This document shows, one piece after another, positions 13,603 through 27,592 of a stretch of DNA of 64,000 nucleotides. The stretch spans positions 4,774,001-4,838,000 of the forward strand of contig OX597826.1 of assembly GCA_951406725.2 (NCBI GenBank), in the 5' to 3' direction. The position numbers and the translations under genes were made by a program. Each line of letters opens with the position of its first letter. Positions within the stretch are counted from its first letter, which is position 1. Below the pieces are notes generated by a model. That model did no database searches, was not told the DNA's origin, and saw nothing but the letters and a program-made list of their open reading frames with translations. This DNA comes from Octopus vulgaris (Eukaryota).

Positions 13603-14092
13603 TATAATCAGAGGTGAATGTCTTGAATTTAAGAATATATATATGAATTGAGAAATGAAAAAAAATCACATTCGATAAAAACGTGAGATTAAAATATATT
13701 GAACATGTTGAAACGGATAATTAGAAGTCCGACACAAAAATGAATGTATTTGTTGTACAAGACTTTGAAAAGAAACGGTTTCTTCAAGTTAAATTAAATG
13801 ACGTCAATTTGAAAATGTAAGTGGATAAAAGTAGTGTTGTTACTTAATTCTTTTGGTTAGCTAAACCATCCCAAGAGCAACCTTCATCTTCATCAATTTG
13901 ATTGGCCAGTTCCTAAGATATTGAACTGTTCTGAAAGTGCTTGAGAAACAGTTCCTCGATTTGAAGTTATTCATGCAGTGTAGTAATAGTTACTAGTCAT
14001 GATCGTAGTCGAATTGGTATACTAAATGCTGACAGCACACTATTTATTATCTCTGTTCTAATAATAATAATAATAATAATAATAACAATAAC

Positions 14093-14150
<58 letters not shown>

Positions 14151-14639
14151 GTGATGTGATTATATATTACAGGAATATTATTAATTTAAACGTACGTCCA
14201 TCATTCTTAGAACTTCGTAAACTATCGATTCAGTAGCTGTGAAGTTACAGAAAATAATTGACTTCATGCTGCCGAGGCATTTGTTCTTAAATGAATATGA
14301 GATGATGTAAGCACAATGGCATTGTAGATTAGAAATCATTGTCTTATGATTTCTAATAAAATTGCTGTAGACTTTCCAGGATTCAATGTCACTAATTTCA
14401 CTGTAAATCTGAGGAATTTCAAAGCAAGTCTGAACATGTCTCAAGAATCTTCTTGCGATATTGAACGATTTTTCTATGATTAAGAGACGGTTGAAACAGG
14501 TGATGTTATCTAATCTTCGTTTCGCTTCCATAGCTTTGCGAGGCGTTACAATGCACGATGTCATCATTCAGCTTAGACTTGTGTGTAATAAGGTGATGCA
14601 AGATTAGTAACTAATTTATGTAATACTTGTACTTGTATT

Positions 14640-15032
14640 TGTGGCGACATTCACATTGAGCGGGTTGAGTCGGCTTCTTTTACCACCCTCGAGGCATCTC
14701 GAACCATGGCAGTGGAAGAAGTTTCGTTGGAATATGAATTTCACTAGCGGTCCCCAACAATCCCGCATGTAGAGACATCGTGTTTGCCGCAGATTGTCAG
14801 CAGACGCAGGGACAGAACGACCGACCGAAGAGCCACCGGTTGCCGAAACAGACACTCCGAGGATTTTCACCAGAGACCCGTCTGCCGGGTTGTGGCCCTA
14901 TTACCACTCGGTGTCAGACTAATCTGCCTTGGGTGGCCCTACCAGGAACCGAAGTTCCCGACAGCATAGCTCTGACACTATCCGTTGCCAGCGTCCCCAC
15001 CGCTGTAAGGAGGGGATGAACTTTGGGGACGC
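14640..15032 (-). mobile_element. RTE-clade non-LTR retrotransposon 5'UTR fragment (structured)
   Basis: GC-rich island; minus strand GAGCTATGCTGTCGGG...CCTGGTAGGGCCACCCAAGGCAG resembles RTE/REX3-type 5'UTRs as recalled; no ORF retained. Confidence 0.6.
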
Positions 15033-15527
15033 AATTTATGTAATGAAAAGTGATGACAAGTTAATTACTAAACTTTACGAAACTATGGGATACTAACAGG
15101 AAGACATACACCTGAATGTCTTTCCTCCATTTGCCTCCTCGTTGGGCAATTTGTCAAATTTTATTTATAAAAATATAAATTATACTTCTACTCTAATGTG
15201 TTTCTTCTTCATTTTCACCACCCAGACACTATCACCTCTCAACATTTTCTCCTTGAAGTTCTCTTCCCCTTCAAAATTTTATATTCCCCTTTTTATTCTT
15301 CTCTGCCATACATACATATATAGATATATATAGATAAGCATAATAAATTTCACCCCACTGTAATTTTGTCCGTCTCATAATTCAGTGTTCATTGGAATTA
15401 TTTCATTCGACTCATCATATCTTCTAATTACATGAAAATGCTCTGTCGATCATAATTTTAAATATCTTAAATTTTACAAGATTAGCCTAAGAATGGACCA
15501 AGGTAATATTCAATTCCACAATAAACG

Positions 15528-15580
<53 letters not shown>

Positions 15581-16047
15581 ATGTATGTATGTATGTATGT
15601 ATGTATGTATACAATACCTATATAAACCTAAGTATTAAAATAACATATTTAATCGTGTGGAAAAGCGGATACGTCAAACTTAATGTAAAATATAAAATTC
15701 AATTCCTCACACACGCACACGCTCACACACACACACACATACACACACAAATTTGACGGAAAAGCAGAGAATAAAGTACAAAAGGAAAGAGAATTAGCTA
15801 GAGACAGCAATGTAAGAATAAGTAGAAAAAAGTGAGAGGTAGAGATATAGTGAAGAAAAAAGAACGAGGTAAAGGGAATTATGAAAATATTGTTATCTTC
15901 CACTCATAATTACCATAACCGTATGGCAGAACATTATCACACAATGATATGCAGATATCTTAATACAAGCACTTTATACTCACGCACATACTATACAGAC
16001 AACCACACATACTATATATATATATGTGTGCGTGTGTGTGTGTTCGT

Positions 16048-16103
<56 letters not shown>

Positions 16104-16781
16104 GCATAGACACGTCGCATATGCATAAATTTACATCTCTATTTCAGTGGGAATGTGTTTTGTGCAGGAAGAAATATGCCATAAAAACGAATGTTTATCA
16201 GAGCAAATGGATACGAGACCTAAAATATATAGATGCCTGAATATGATGAATATATATATATAACTATTTATAAATATATATGTATTCACAGTCACACAAA
16301 CATATATATATATATGCACACAAAAAAAAAACATGAAAAGAACAGCAATATAAAAAAGCATTGCAATATTTAACTACAAAAATAATAAATATAGCGAAGC
16401 AAATGAAATGAAATGAAAGAATATAACACCAAAAAAAAAAAAAAAAGTGAATTTTATTTAGATGCGAAAATTTTTCACTTCATTGCTGCCTTGTTTTCCG
16501 TCTCCTTTTTCCTCAGCTACCTCTGTCTCTATCTCTCTCCTTCTCTTCTCGCTCCTCTAGTCTTTCTCATGTATTTTGCTCCGTCCATTCCGTTGTCTCT
16601 TCATCTCCTTCTCTTCTATAGTATTCCCGCCTGCCACACACACATTCTCCTCTATATCTTTATTTTCTCTGAACTGTTGAATTGTTAACAGAATGGCATA
16701 AATTATTGGAAAGTAGGGGAGACGTAAACAGTGGTCGTTAAAAAAAAAATAATGATAAGGAAACATAACAGTCATATAAAT

Positions 16782-16814
<33 letters not shown>

Positions 16815-17072
16815 TGATTGATAATAATAATAATAACAATAACAATAATAGCAACAACAACAGGAACGATAACATCAATAGACTTATTATTGAAAATATT
16901 CATAATATTAAAAATACTAATAATGGTGATCTCAAAGAACTTTCTCCTCGGAATAGCTAATAATAATAATAATAATAATAACAACAACAACAACAGCAAA
17001 AACAATGATATTAGTACGGAAGATGATAGATTATGCTGATGTTAATGCTGATGATGACGGTTGTGCTGATGT

Positions 17073-17107
<35 letters not shown>

Positions 17108-17388
17108 CTGTAAGAGGTGCTGCTGATGTCGATGATGATGGTGACTCCAGCGACTGTATGAATCGAATCGATTGAAATGATTGGTTATAAATTGTGCTAT
17201 TGGAATTATATAGGTTATGTAAGTTACCAACCGATAAAGTATATTGCGATAACTAAAATGAAATCATCGGAGTCTTCGTTATAGACTGGTTGTACTTACG
17301 TACATACATATCTATGAGAATATGCCCCCACCTCTCATTCTTCCTCCAGCTATCTATCTCACTATCTATCTATCTAACTATCTGTCTG

Positions 17389-17421
<33 letters not shown>

Positions 17422-17430
17422 GTATATATA

Positions 17431-17632
17431 GGGAGAGTTTACGAAAAAAACAAAAGACGAAGACAGGTGGTGTACAAAACAAACAGATGTATTAGTATAA
17501 CGCTCAGGAATAGAAAAAGTCTTTTACGTTTCGAGCCTACGCTCTTCTACAGATAGGGATACAGAAAAAACAAGGAGAGAACGGAGAGAAAAAAAGGAGA
17601 GAAAAAATGTGTGTAGTGGCTAACGATCTATC
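17431..17632 (-). mobile_element. Penelope-like terminal repeat fragment with minimal hammerhead ribozyme core
   Basis: Minus strand CTGTAGA-A-GAG-cgtagg-CTC-GAAAC-GTA (17552-17525); ~200 bp unit inserted in (TA)n; homologous to 29449 and 44990 copies. Confidence 0.65.
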
Positions 17633-17635
17633 ATA

Positions 17636-17675
<40 letters not shown>

Positions 17676-19102
17676 CATGCATATATATACATATATACAC
17701 AAGCCTCTATTCATATATATATATATATATATGTGCTTAAATGAGCATACATATGCATGTATACAAGCGTACACACAGATTCAAAATCAATGTTTGTGCT
17801 AGTGTGTATTTTAGTGTGTGTGTGTTTGTGTGTGTGTGTGTGTTTGTGTGTGTATGCTTGTGTGTGTGTGTGTGTGTATGTGTGTAAAATCGTATGCATG
17901 CACCTCTTGATTATCTTACAGCTGGAACATTCACTTTGTCATTTGTGTCGACGTCGGTCTGCAATTTTTCTTGGCACCTACCAACATTTTATTCGTCTCT
18001 CCAGTGTGCTAAGATATATAGTTGCAACCAGGGACTGTCTACACTCATTTGGTCCACGTGCCCATACACACATTTACTAGACAGATAGATCCATACATAT
18101 ATACATACATACATAGCATAATAATGAAAATGCAAAAAAAAAAAAGCAAACAAATTGATGTTAGTGTTTCACACACCCTAGTGTAAGAGATCTATGCATG
18201 TGATAGAAGTTAATTGCTAAACAAGTTTAATACTGGCGATGGTTACTGTGAACATCAAATCCATTATCCCTGGTTGCCTACTGCAAAACGCACCAATATG
18301 CTAACATAAGGCCACTATCATTTTACACAGAAATGTTTCCAAACTGAAGACTCGTGAAGAAATACATAGATTTCACTAAATTATTGTCACATCAAATAAC
18401 AGTCCAGGAATGAACGAAAAATAGACAGATAGATAGACTGATAGACAGATACTATTATGAATGTATATTTTGATGGCGGAGAATTGTGGGAATTTCTTAT
18501 AAATAACACAAGGAATAAGAGAATTCGTGGCAATCATTACTTTCCCAGTATCATTAAACAAAGAAGTATGTGGAAATATAAAAGTAGACAGCAACAGATA
18601 TCAATGATGCATTGTATATTTTATCTCATTCCCGTGTGATAAAGACAAGCCGAAAGATAGAAATTTCCTAAAACCAGATGCATCCATCTATTTGTGATTG
18701 ACTATATTGATTTATCGATTAGTATGTGTTTGCTATTCTATCCTATATTCGTTGCCAGGCTTGAGTTTAGCACTGCAATTCAATGAATAATTTCAAATTA
18801 TAGAATAGTGACGGTTGTACCTTTTCACAGTTAAGATAGGTAACTTGGCTAGCAAGATTTAAGGCTATTGTCCGTTGTGATAGCTTGCTTAGTGATGTCC
18901 ATACTACGGTTCGAAGCATTTGACTGACTGCCAGTAAGCACTTATAGTCACGTTTTTGTATTTTATAGATATATTTTTAAAATACGTATCGAAAACATGT
19001 AAATACACACACACTCACACACATACATACAATCACGAAGACAACACATACAGATTTTAAAATAGACATGTATACACATATATACAAAGAGTTTATATAG
19101 TA

Positions 19103-19141
<39 letters not shown>

Positions 19142-19194
19142 TATAATAATAATGATTATAATAATAATAATAACAACAACAATACTAATAATAG

Positions 19195-19406
19195 TACTCT
19201 TTTTACTCTTTTACGTGTTTCAGTCATTTGACTGCGGCCATGCTGGGGTATCGCCTCGAAGGTTTTTTTGTTTAACAAATCGACCCTAGGATTTATTTTT
19301 TAAAGCCTACTACTTATTCTAACGGTCTGTTTTTGCCGAACCGCAAAGTTACGGGAACGTAAACACCAACACTGGTTGGCAAGCGGTGATAGGGAGGGGG
19401 ACAAAC
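19195..19406 (-). mobile_element. SINE family B 3' half
   Basis: TACTCTTTT...GTTTCAGTCATTTGACTGCGGCCATGCTGG...GCCGAACCGCAAAGTTACGGG. Confidence 0.88.
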
Positions 19407-19682
19407 TGAACCCGGCATAGTTTGGAGCAGCATCAAAAACCCATCTTGTCCTGCCCTCTAAGAATTCAGCCAACCTACCGTCTTGTCACTATTTACCAAT
19501 TCCCCCAAATCAACAGTTGCAGTACAGCAAACCAGATCGAGTACAGCAAGTAACTCAATCTAATGCTCTGAGCAACTCGATCTGACGTTAAATGGCTGTC
19601 TATGTATTCCTTAAATCTACTATACTTCTTTCAATTTTATACTTGGTTTCGCATCTTTGTCACTTTTCTCCGTCGTCCATCC

Positions 19683-19736
<54 letters not shown>

Positions 19737-20557
19737 CTATCTATCCATCTTTGACTTACGCAGTTGACATAATCCGCCATCCAGTTTATTTAATACACCT
19801 ACCTGCTCTTTGAGTGCCTTTGACTACAAAGAAATCTTCTATAAAATTTCAAAGCAAGTCGTTTGTCTCTAGGGAGTTGTATATCGTACTGATCTGCTTG
19901 ATGTAAGAGTATACATGCACATATAGCGGAAAAGGGTCTCCAGTAGAGATTCACCACCAAACCCGGTATGGACCTGATTTATTGAGTATCGCCCCAGGCT
20001 GACGCGTTATTTGCTGGCAGGCCTACTCGTGGTCATTAAATTCCAGCTCAGTTAATTCCAGAGATCCATCTAAGTAGTTGCTAGCAGCAAACCTTGAGTC
20101 GCGCTTTCCTCTTCCCCTTTCTTCACCAGCTTCCGAGGTCCTGTAAAGGTCACTGGCATTGCCCTCCCTGCCATGACTAAGATACATATAAAAAACAAAC
20201 AAAAGAAACCCATCACAAGTCCGTATTCCGTATCACTATATAACCAACCGGGTCTTTTTCTTCCGTGTCACTCTTATTCTCTTCTCTCTATCTCTACTCT
20301 TTTCTCGGTGCTATCTCTCGTTCAATCTTTTCTCCATTTCTAACAATCTCTCTTTCCTAATTTTGTATTTTATGTTGTCCAATTTTTTTCTCGTTCCTCA
20401 CAAATAAATGCCATGTTGCCTTAATTTCTCTTAGCACCACCTCAGCCGACATCTTTATTTTCTTTACCATTCCACTAGTTATCTCTATTCTTTAATCTTA
20501 ATTTGATCCATCACTAAACCCCTTTTCCCCACTCTGTCTGTCTCTCTTTCTCTCTCG

Positions 20558-20608
<51 letters not shown>

Positions 20609-21021
20609 ACATTGTTCCCTACGTCTATTTCTTTCACTAAACATTGTTTTATTATTCAAATTGTTGAGATCTTTTTCTTCCTTCCTCTTCACCCAGGCAG
20701 TCTTCTGCTAACAAATAACTTTAATTACACCACCTACTTCTACTACTCCTCCTTGAAAAGACTTCCCTTATCCACTGCACGTACAACTACCTTCAATAAC
20801 CACAACCACTAACACCACCACCAGCAGCAGCAGCAGCATCAATATAACACGTCTTTCAATGTCACAAATGTTAACACCACCACCCCACGAAGAAAAGTAA
20901 AATAAAAATTATCCGGAATCCCCAACCCAACAGTAACATCAATATCAACATTAACATAACAAACAGAAAACAGAAATAACCGCATATTCTCATTGCTTTT
21001 TCATTAGCAATTAATTCTCCA

Positions 21022-21080
<59 letters not shown>

Positions 21081-22906
21081 TCCTCGATTTGTAGATATTA
21101 AGCATTATCCAATTGTTCCGAATGCACATTGCATTGTTTCGGCAATTAGGGTGTGGAGGAAAAAAATAAATACGTTACGCATAGAAATACAGTGGAACAT
21201 GCACACGCCCAGTCGTATACACACACATATATACATACGATATATATACACATATACACGCATGTCCACATATATACCTATATATATGTATATGCAGATA
21301 CACAAACACTTTCTTCCTCCTCATGAATGTATGTATACATATATGCATGTATGTATGTATGTATGTATGTATGTATGTATGTATGTATGTCTGTCTGTCT
21401 GTATGTATGTATGTATGTATGTATATATATATATATGTATTTATGTTCATTCACTTATGTACGTATATACGTTCGCATGTATATTTCACTGTCTCTTAAA
21501 CACATTTGCGTTTCCCGATATATACGTACATATACACACTGACCGTAGAAGCTGTAAAGATAAAATGGATTCCCCCAACGCACATATAAACACACAAAAA
21601 TTAAATCAAAACAATAAAAAAGAACATATCAGCGTCATCAACAACAACAACAATTGCATCAGCAACAATAACAAAAAAAGCTATAGCTGCAACAAAATCC
21701 ATCTTTCCTACCCTTTCCTTCTCTCCAAAACATCTACTTCGCCACCTTGCCAGAAGACCACCGATCAAGTTATAAATCTAATTTCTGGCGGTCAGTTGAA
21801 GAGATTGTTCTTTTCAATAGTGTGTTAAACGAAGCGTTAAATATAGAAACCTTCCCACTGTCATTACCTATTAATGTCAGTGAGTCTTGTTCATTATGGA
21901 TTCATGTATTATTTGAAACTTTACATCATACGGCATAAATTATGGAATGTAGCTGCGGTTAAAAGGAACACATGTACACAGACTCTTACACAATACGCAT
22001 ATTCATACAGATACATTTATTCATTAACATACACACACATTCACATAAAGATAAACACACGTATACATAAACACAGCATATCTATATATATATATATATA
22101 TGGATGGATGTATGGATACAAATGCATGTATACAATCATATATATGCATATGTATTGACATGTACTCACAAATGCATGCACGCTGACATATAAATACACA
22201 AGCCATAGAAACACACATACAGACCCTCAAGTAACGTATATATGCACACAAGCATATGCTCAGAAACAACACAAATGCACTTAGAATTATATACACACAG
22301 CCACTCCCACAGATACAATGTTATGCACATGGACACAAATAATCAAACACAGACACATATACAGGCGCACTCACGCGCACGAAAGTAAGTCATAGAAAAT
22401 CTCTATAATCATGTGAAAAATGACATGCATGAAATGACTGCGAAATATTGCCTCATTTTCTTTTTTTTACTAGTTTGGGCGCAAGTCCCCATCGCTGTCC
22501 ACCAACTCACTCGCTCCCCGTTCTGTTCTGGTGGTAAGAAATGAAGATAGTAGAATACATGGACTTGCATATGTTTCCTCAAGGGCATTAGCCTAAGTGG
22601 CGGAAAAGAGTAATAATGGCTTCAACCAGCGATTTAAATCACCTTTTTCGGTCAGCCACTGTAGCTGTTTCCAGGTGCCAGCTGAATCTGCTAGAAATAG
22701 TAGCTACGAACCCGAAATAATACATATTACAGTCTTATATAGATATAAAGATAGGATGGTTACGATTGGAATGCAATTTATCTGTGATCCAGCGTTTCAA
22801 GAAGTTAATGTTGTCAGTACCGGCATCGTCAAATGACACTGTCCGAAATTACTTTATCTCCGCTCTAATTTACATTAATTTATAGATATCTGTATTTAAT
22901 TTAGTT

Positions 22907-23680
22907 AACTCTTTAACAAGTTTCAGCTTTAAAGCTGTGGTCATGCTGGGGCACCAAGGTTGGCTTTGCTACACCTCTGATATATAGCATTTGGAGAATG
23001 AGGGAGTTTGATGGTGATACCCTCATCTGTGTTTCCTGCTGTGAGGTATAATCATCCAGAACTCTTGACAAGAGGGTGCCCAGTTTTATTTTGAAAACAC
23101 CTACATCCATAACAACAGGTCCCTCGGGCATTTTAGAAAGATATTGAGGAGCTGTGGGCCTTTGAAACACAAGCTGTTGCAGTAACTGGTCCTGTATTTT
23201 GATGACGATGTTGGGATCTTTGACACAATGCAGCAGTGCTTCGTATTGCTGTTTGCGTAATTTTCAATGCCAAAGATTGTTACAAGTCCTTCAGGATCTT
23301 TCAGATGTGTATCACTACATATCTTTTCCGCCTTTGTTCTAGGATACTCTTAACTTTTTTCAGCCATTCCCAGAAGCTGACCTGTTGCATTTAGACTATT
23401 TTCTTACTGTAGCTTCGTTGGATTGCTTCGAGTTCCGCTGTTAATATTTATTTTCTGTGTGGTGGCCATAGTTGGGAGCAGTAGTCTAAGCATCATCATG
23501 GTTTCCTCTTCTCTCGTTCTGAAAGTTTGGATTGTCCATCCTTCTAGCCGTCTGCATTTTATTGGTAAATTAGACACATGTATCATGGAAAGACCCACGA
23601 TTATATGTCAATATCCAGGTCATGCACAAATTTTGATTCAGGGATTGCAATTCCTCCTGAGCCAGTGTTTGTAGACCAAG
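22907..23680 (-). pseudogene. Decayed CR1-clade LINE ORF2 C-terminus and 3' tail
   Basis: Minus-strand translation across stops/frameshifts gives GIAIPESKFVHDLDI...KCRRLEGWTIQTFRTRE...LDYCSQLWPP...LEAIQRSYSKK...SFWEWLKK...LEQRRKRY...NSLCFKGPQLLNI...FKIKLGTLLS, the typical post-RT CR1 motifs; tail 22907-22955. Confidence 0.88.
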
Positions 23681-23756
23681 ATCACCATTTTTGGTTTTCG
23701 GGAATTAAGAAAAACTTTGGAATGAAAGTTTCCGGAAAATCGATGCTGTGCCTGTA

Positions 23757-23826
<70 letters not shown>

Positions 23827-24321
23827 CACCCAATGACGCAAAAGCGCTTGTCCATAGCTGTGTCTTGCTTCAGTAATGAGTATCAGATTGCTTTTTCCCT
23901 CCAAAAATGTTAATACATTGAAGAAAATGTTTATGTTCTTGCAGCTACCTCCCTTCCGCAAATTAGAGTCACTAACAATCGCCGATATGTGGTATATAAT
24001 ACCTGCGAAGTAAACTAAAAGCAATTATTTGGTGGTAAAGTATTCCTTGCAGTCCCGCCTGTAATATATACATACATGCATACAAACACGCACATACGTA
24101 CACACACATACACAAACACACATACAAACACACACACACACACACACACACTCACACACACACGGCTAATTCCTCCATTGAATCCAAACTATTCGCACAG
24201 ATGCTACTTAGAGAATTTCTTTTCTTGGTAGATCACCGTCAAAGAGAAATTCGGCGTAGCAATGCATTCAGTCATTAGATTCGAACAAATGCATACGTAT
24301 ACAGAGATAAGAGAGAGATAG

Positions 24322-24359
<38 letters not shown>

Positions 24360-24465
24360 GGATGATTTCTTGTAGGAATCACACTCAATAAAAGGTTATA
24401 TATAGTCCAGACTTCTCTGTCGTTTGAAAGACCAAACATTCCTACTCACACCCATATGCATTCAT

Positions 24466-24545
<80 letters not shown>

Positions 24546-24547
24546 TC

Positions 24548-24601
<54 letters not shown>

Positions 24602-25193
24602 CTATGTATGTATGTATATATATATATATATATATACATATATGTATTATATGTATGTAAAGAATCAGTTTTTTTATTGATTTACGTCTACAAAAATCAC
24701 CTTCGATATATGTCTTCTTTTCTGTAGTATTGTGTGTGTGTGTGTGTGTGTGCGTGCGTGTGTGTGTGTGTGCGCGCGTGTATGCGCGCCTGCGTGCGCG
24801 CGCGGATGCGTGTATGGAGTCGTATACGTTCATTGACGCTGAAATACATATATTGACCATGACATATGAAAGAGACTGATATAGATGTAGGCGCATGCGC
24901 AAAAAATCTTCGCCTCATATACACTGAAGCAAAGCCACTTAAACGGCAGAAACTTATATATGCATGACTACAGGTAGATACGAAAATATATCTGGCTCAC
25001 ATATTTATGAAGCTGCATTCCAAAATATATTAAACTCATCACACTGAGTGTATACCGTACGAAAGACAGGGAGAGAGACGAGGAGACAGTGAGCGTGTTT
25101 GTGTGTGTGTGTGTGTGTATAAAAGTGAGAGAGAGAGAGAGAGGAGAAGGACCAAAAGCAGCAGAAACACGGAAAGACAAAGAGAGACAAGCT

Positions 25194-25224
<31 letters not shown>

Positions 25225-25703
25225 GATATTGTGCAGACTTAAAGTGAATGTACAGTAAGATTGAGGAATTTTATCAAGAATTCTATCCATTAGATTTCTA
25301 CTCGTACGTACAAACACACAGACAGGCATATATGCACACAGACACAAACGCGCGTGCGCGCGCACACACACACACACTCATATATAGAAAGATGCAAGTT
25401 TGTAGGGTGATATATATATATCAGAGACATAGACAGACTGGCAGGCAGGCAAGCAGATAGAAGGATAGATAGCTGGAACGTCGATAGACAGATGGATGGA
25501 CGGAACATAGGAGGGAGAGGGAGAGAGAGAGCAAGAGAGGAAGAGAGAGGGCTGGAACATAGAAAGATAGATAGATAAATAGATAGACAGATAGATAGAT
25601 AGATAGATAGATATATAGATAGATATGTTTCTTTATTAGCCACACAGGGTTGTACACAGACGGGACAAATTACAAGGTAGAGCTTTTCTTTTTGGGGAGA
25701 AAA

Positions 25704-25743
<40 letters not shown>

Positions 25744-26118
25744 TAAAAGAGATATATTGTCAGGAAAGGGGAAAAAAATCAGAAGTATGTTATAGATTGT
25801 GTGTGAGAGTACATATGTGCTCAAGAGAAAAAAATATATAGAAAATATACAGAAGATATGGCCGATATACGACATGTACATTTTGTGTTCGAGCAAATCT
25901 GCAGGTAGTATGGAATCGACTCATATATTTTTTTTAATTAAGCAGGTCTGATATGTCATTGAGAGTTATTGAAAGTTATTCATGCCGGGAGGAGAAATTC
26001 TCAATAATCTGAAGAGGAAATTGAAAGTACAGAAGGTGCTAGAGATAGTCTTAGGAGACAAAGAGACATTGATTGATAACCGCCCCCCCTGCCACTCTCT
26101 CTCTCTCTCTCTCTCTCC

Positions 26119-26161
<43 letters not shown>

Positions 26162-26305
26162 CACTCACACATACACACCTTACCAGCTAGCTACCTGCCA
26201 ACATACATACATACATCTGTGTGTGTGTGTGTTCAGGTCGATGTTTCGATCAATAGTTATAGCTACGTATATTGTGTATGTCCATACATATCACATATAC
26301 TTATG

Positions 26306-26349
<44 letters not shown>

Positions 26350-26371
26350 CGAACATATATATATATATACA

Positions 26372-26708
26372 TTGCTTACCAACCACATGTTTCCGGATTC
26401 AGTCCCATTGCGTAGCACCTTGGGCAAGTGTCTTCTACTATATATTTCTTTATTGCCCACAAGGAGCTAAACACAGAGGGGGACAAACAAGGACAGACAA
26501 AGGGGTTAAGTCGATTACATCGACCCCAGTGCGAAATTGGTACTTTATTTATCGACCCCGAAAGGACGAAAGGCAAAGTCGACCTCGGCGGAGTTTGAAC
26601 TCAGAAGGTAACGACACACGAAATACTGCTAAACATTTCGCCCGCACGCTAACGTTTCTGCCAGCTTTGTGTGTGGCTTTGGTAGACGGAAACTGAAATC
26701 AGCCTGTC

Positions 26709-26800
<92 letters not shown>

Positions 26801-26925
26801 GTGCGTGTTTGTGTTTGTCTCCCCAACATCGCTTGACAACCGATGTGTTAACGTCCCCGTAACTTAGCGGTTCAGCAAAAGACACTGATAGAATAAGTAC
26901 GATACTTACAAAGAATAAGTCCTGG
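26372..26925 (+). mobile_element. SINE family B interrupted by a family A copy
   Basis: B sequence 26372-26442 and 26667-26925 with expanded internal (TA)(TG) array. Confidence 0.9.
26443..26666 (-). mobile_element. SINE family A, tail type 2 (nested)
   Basis: Reverse complement of 30191-30418. Confidence 0.92.
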
Positions 26926-27289
26926 TGTAGAGCGAGATAATAGATAGATATAGTGATATCCCAACAAAGTATATATACAGGTATATAATATACCTATGTT
27001 TTCTAGCTGCTTGTGGTTTTTTATTGTCAGTAGGGCGTTCCACCCATTTATTAGTAATAGTTCCTTTGGAGTTCCTTCTTTCTCTCCTTTCTATGTGTAC
27101 TTTTTGCTCCTTTTCTCTCCCCAGATTTCCTCCAATGAAGCTTTCTCGTTTCGACTAATACAATCTTGTCCTGACGGTCAAGGCACGTTTACATCTATTT
27201 ATAGTTAAGTGTAGGCTTGAAATTGATAAGAGGCTGAAGGCTTTTGAAAGAATGGCATAAGATCAAACGATGAGATGAAAAAAAAGGGA

Positions 27290-27406
27290 TTCTTCTTCTT
27301 CTTCTTCTTCTTCTTCTTCTTCTTCTTCTTCTTCTTCTTCTTCTTCTTCTTCATCTTCTTCTTCTTCTTCTTCTTCTTCTTCTTCTTCTTCTTCTTCTTC
27401 TTCTTC
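27290..27406. repeat. (TTC)n microsatellite
   Basis: Direct reading. Confidence 0.95.
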
Positions 27407-27516
27407 TACCATATGTTGATTTGCCCCTCCACAAATGGTAAAAATGGCACTCAAACATACCTCAAACAGTTACTTACTACATTCGCTGCTCTCCCTCCTC
27501 CTGCGTATCGTCCTTC

Positions 27517-27592
<76 letters not shown>

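Noticed and set aside
14181-14567. 128-aa minus-strand ORF
   Set aside because: No recognisable motif; possibly decayed repeat.
14825-14852. CCGAAGAG...CGAAAC hammerhead-like string
   Set aside because: U4 replaced, stem II does not pair, no NUH site.
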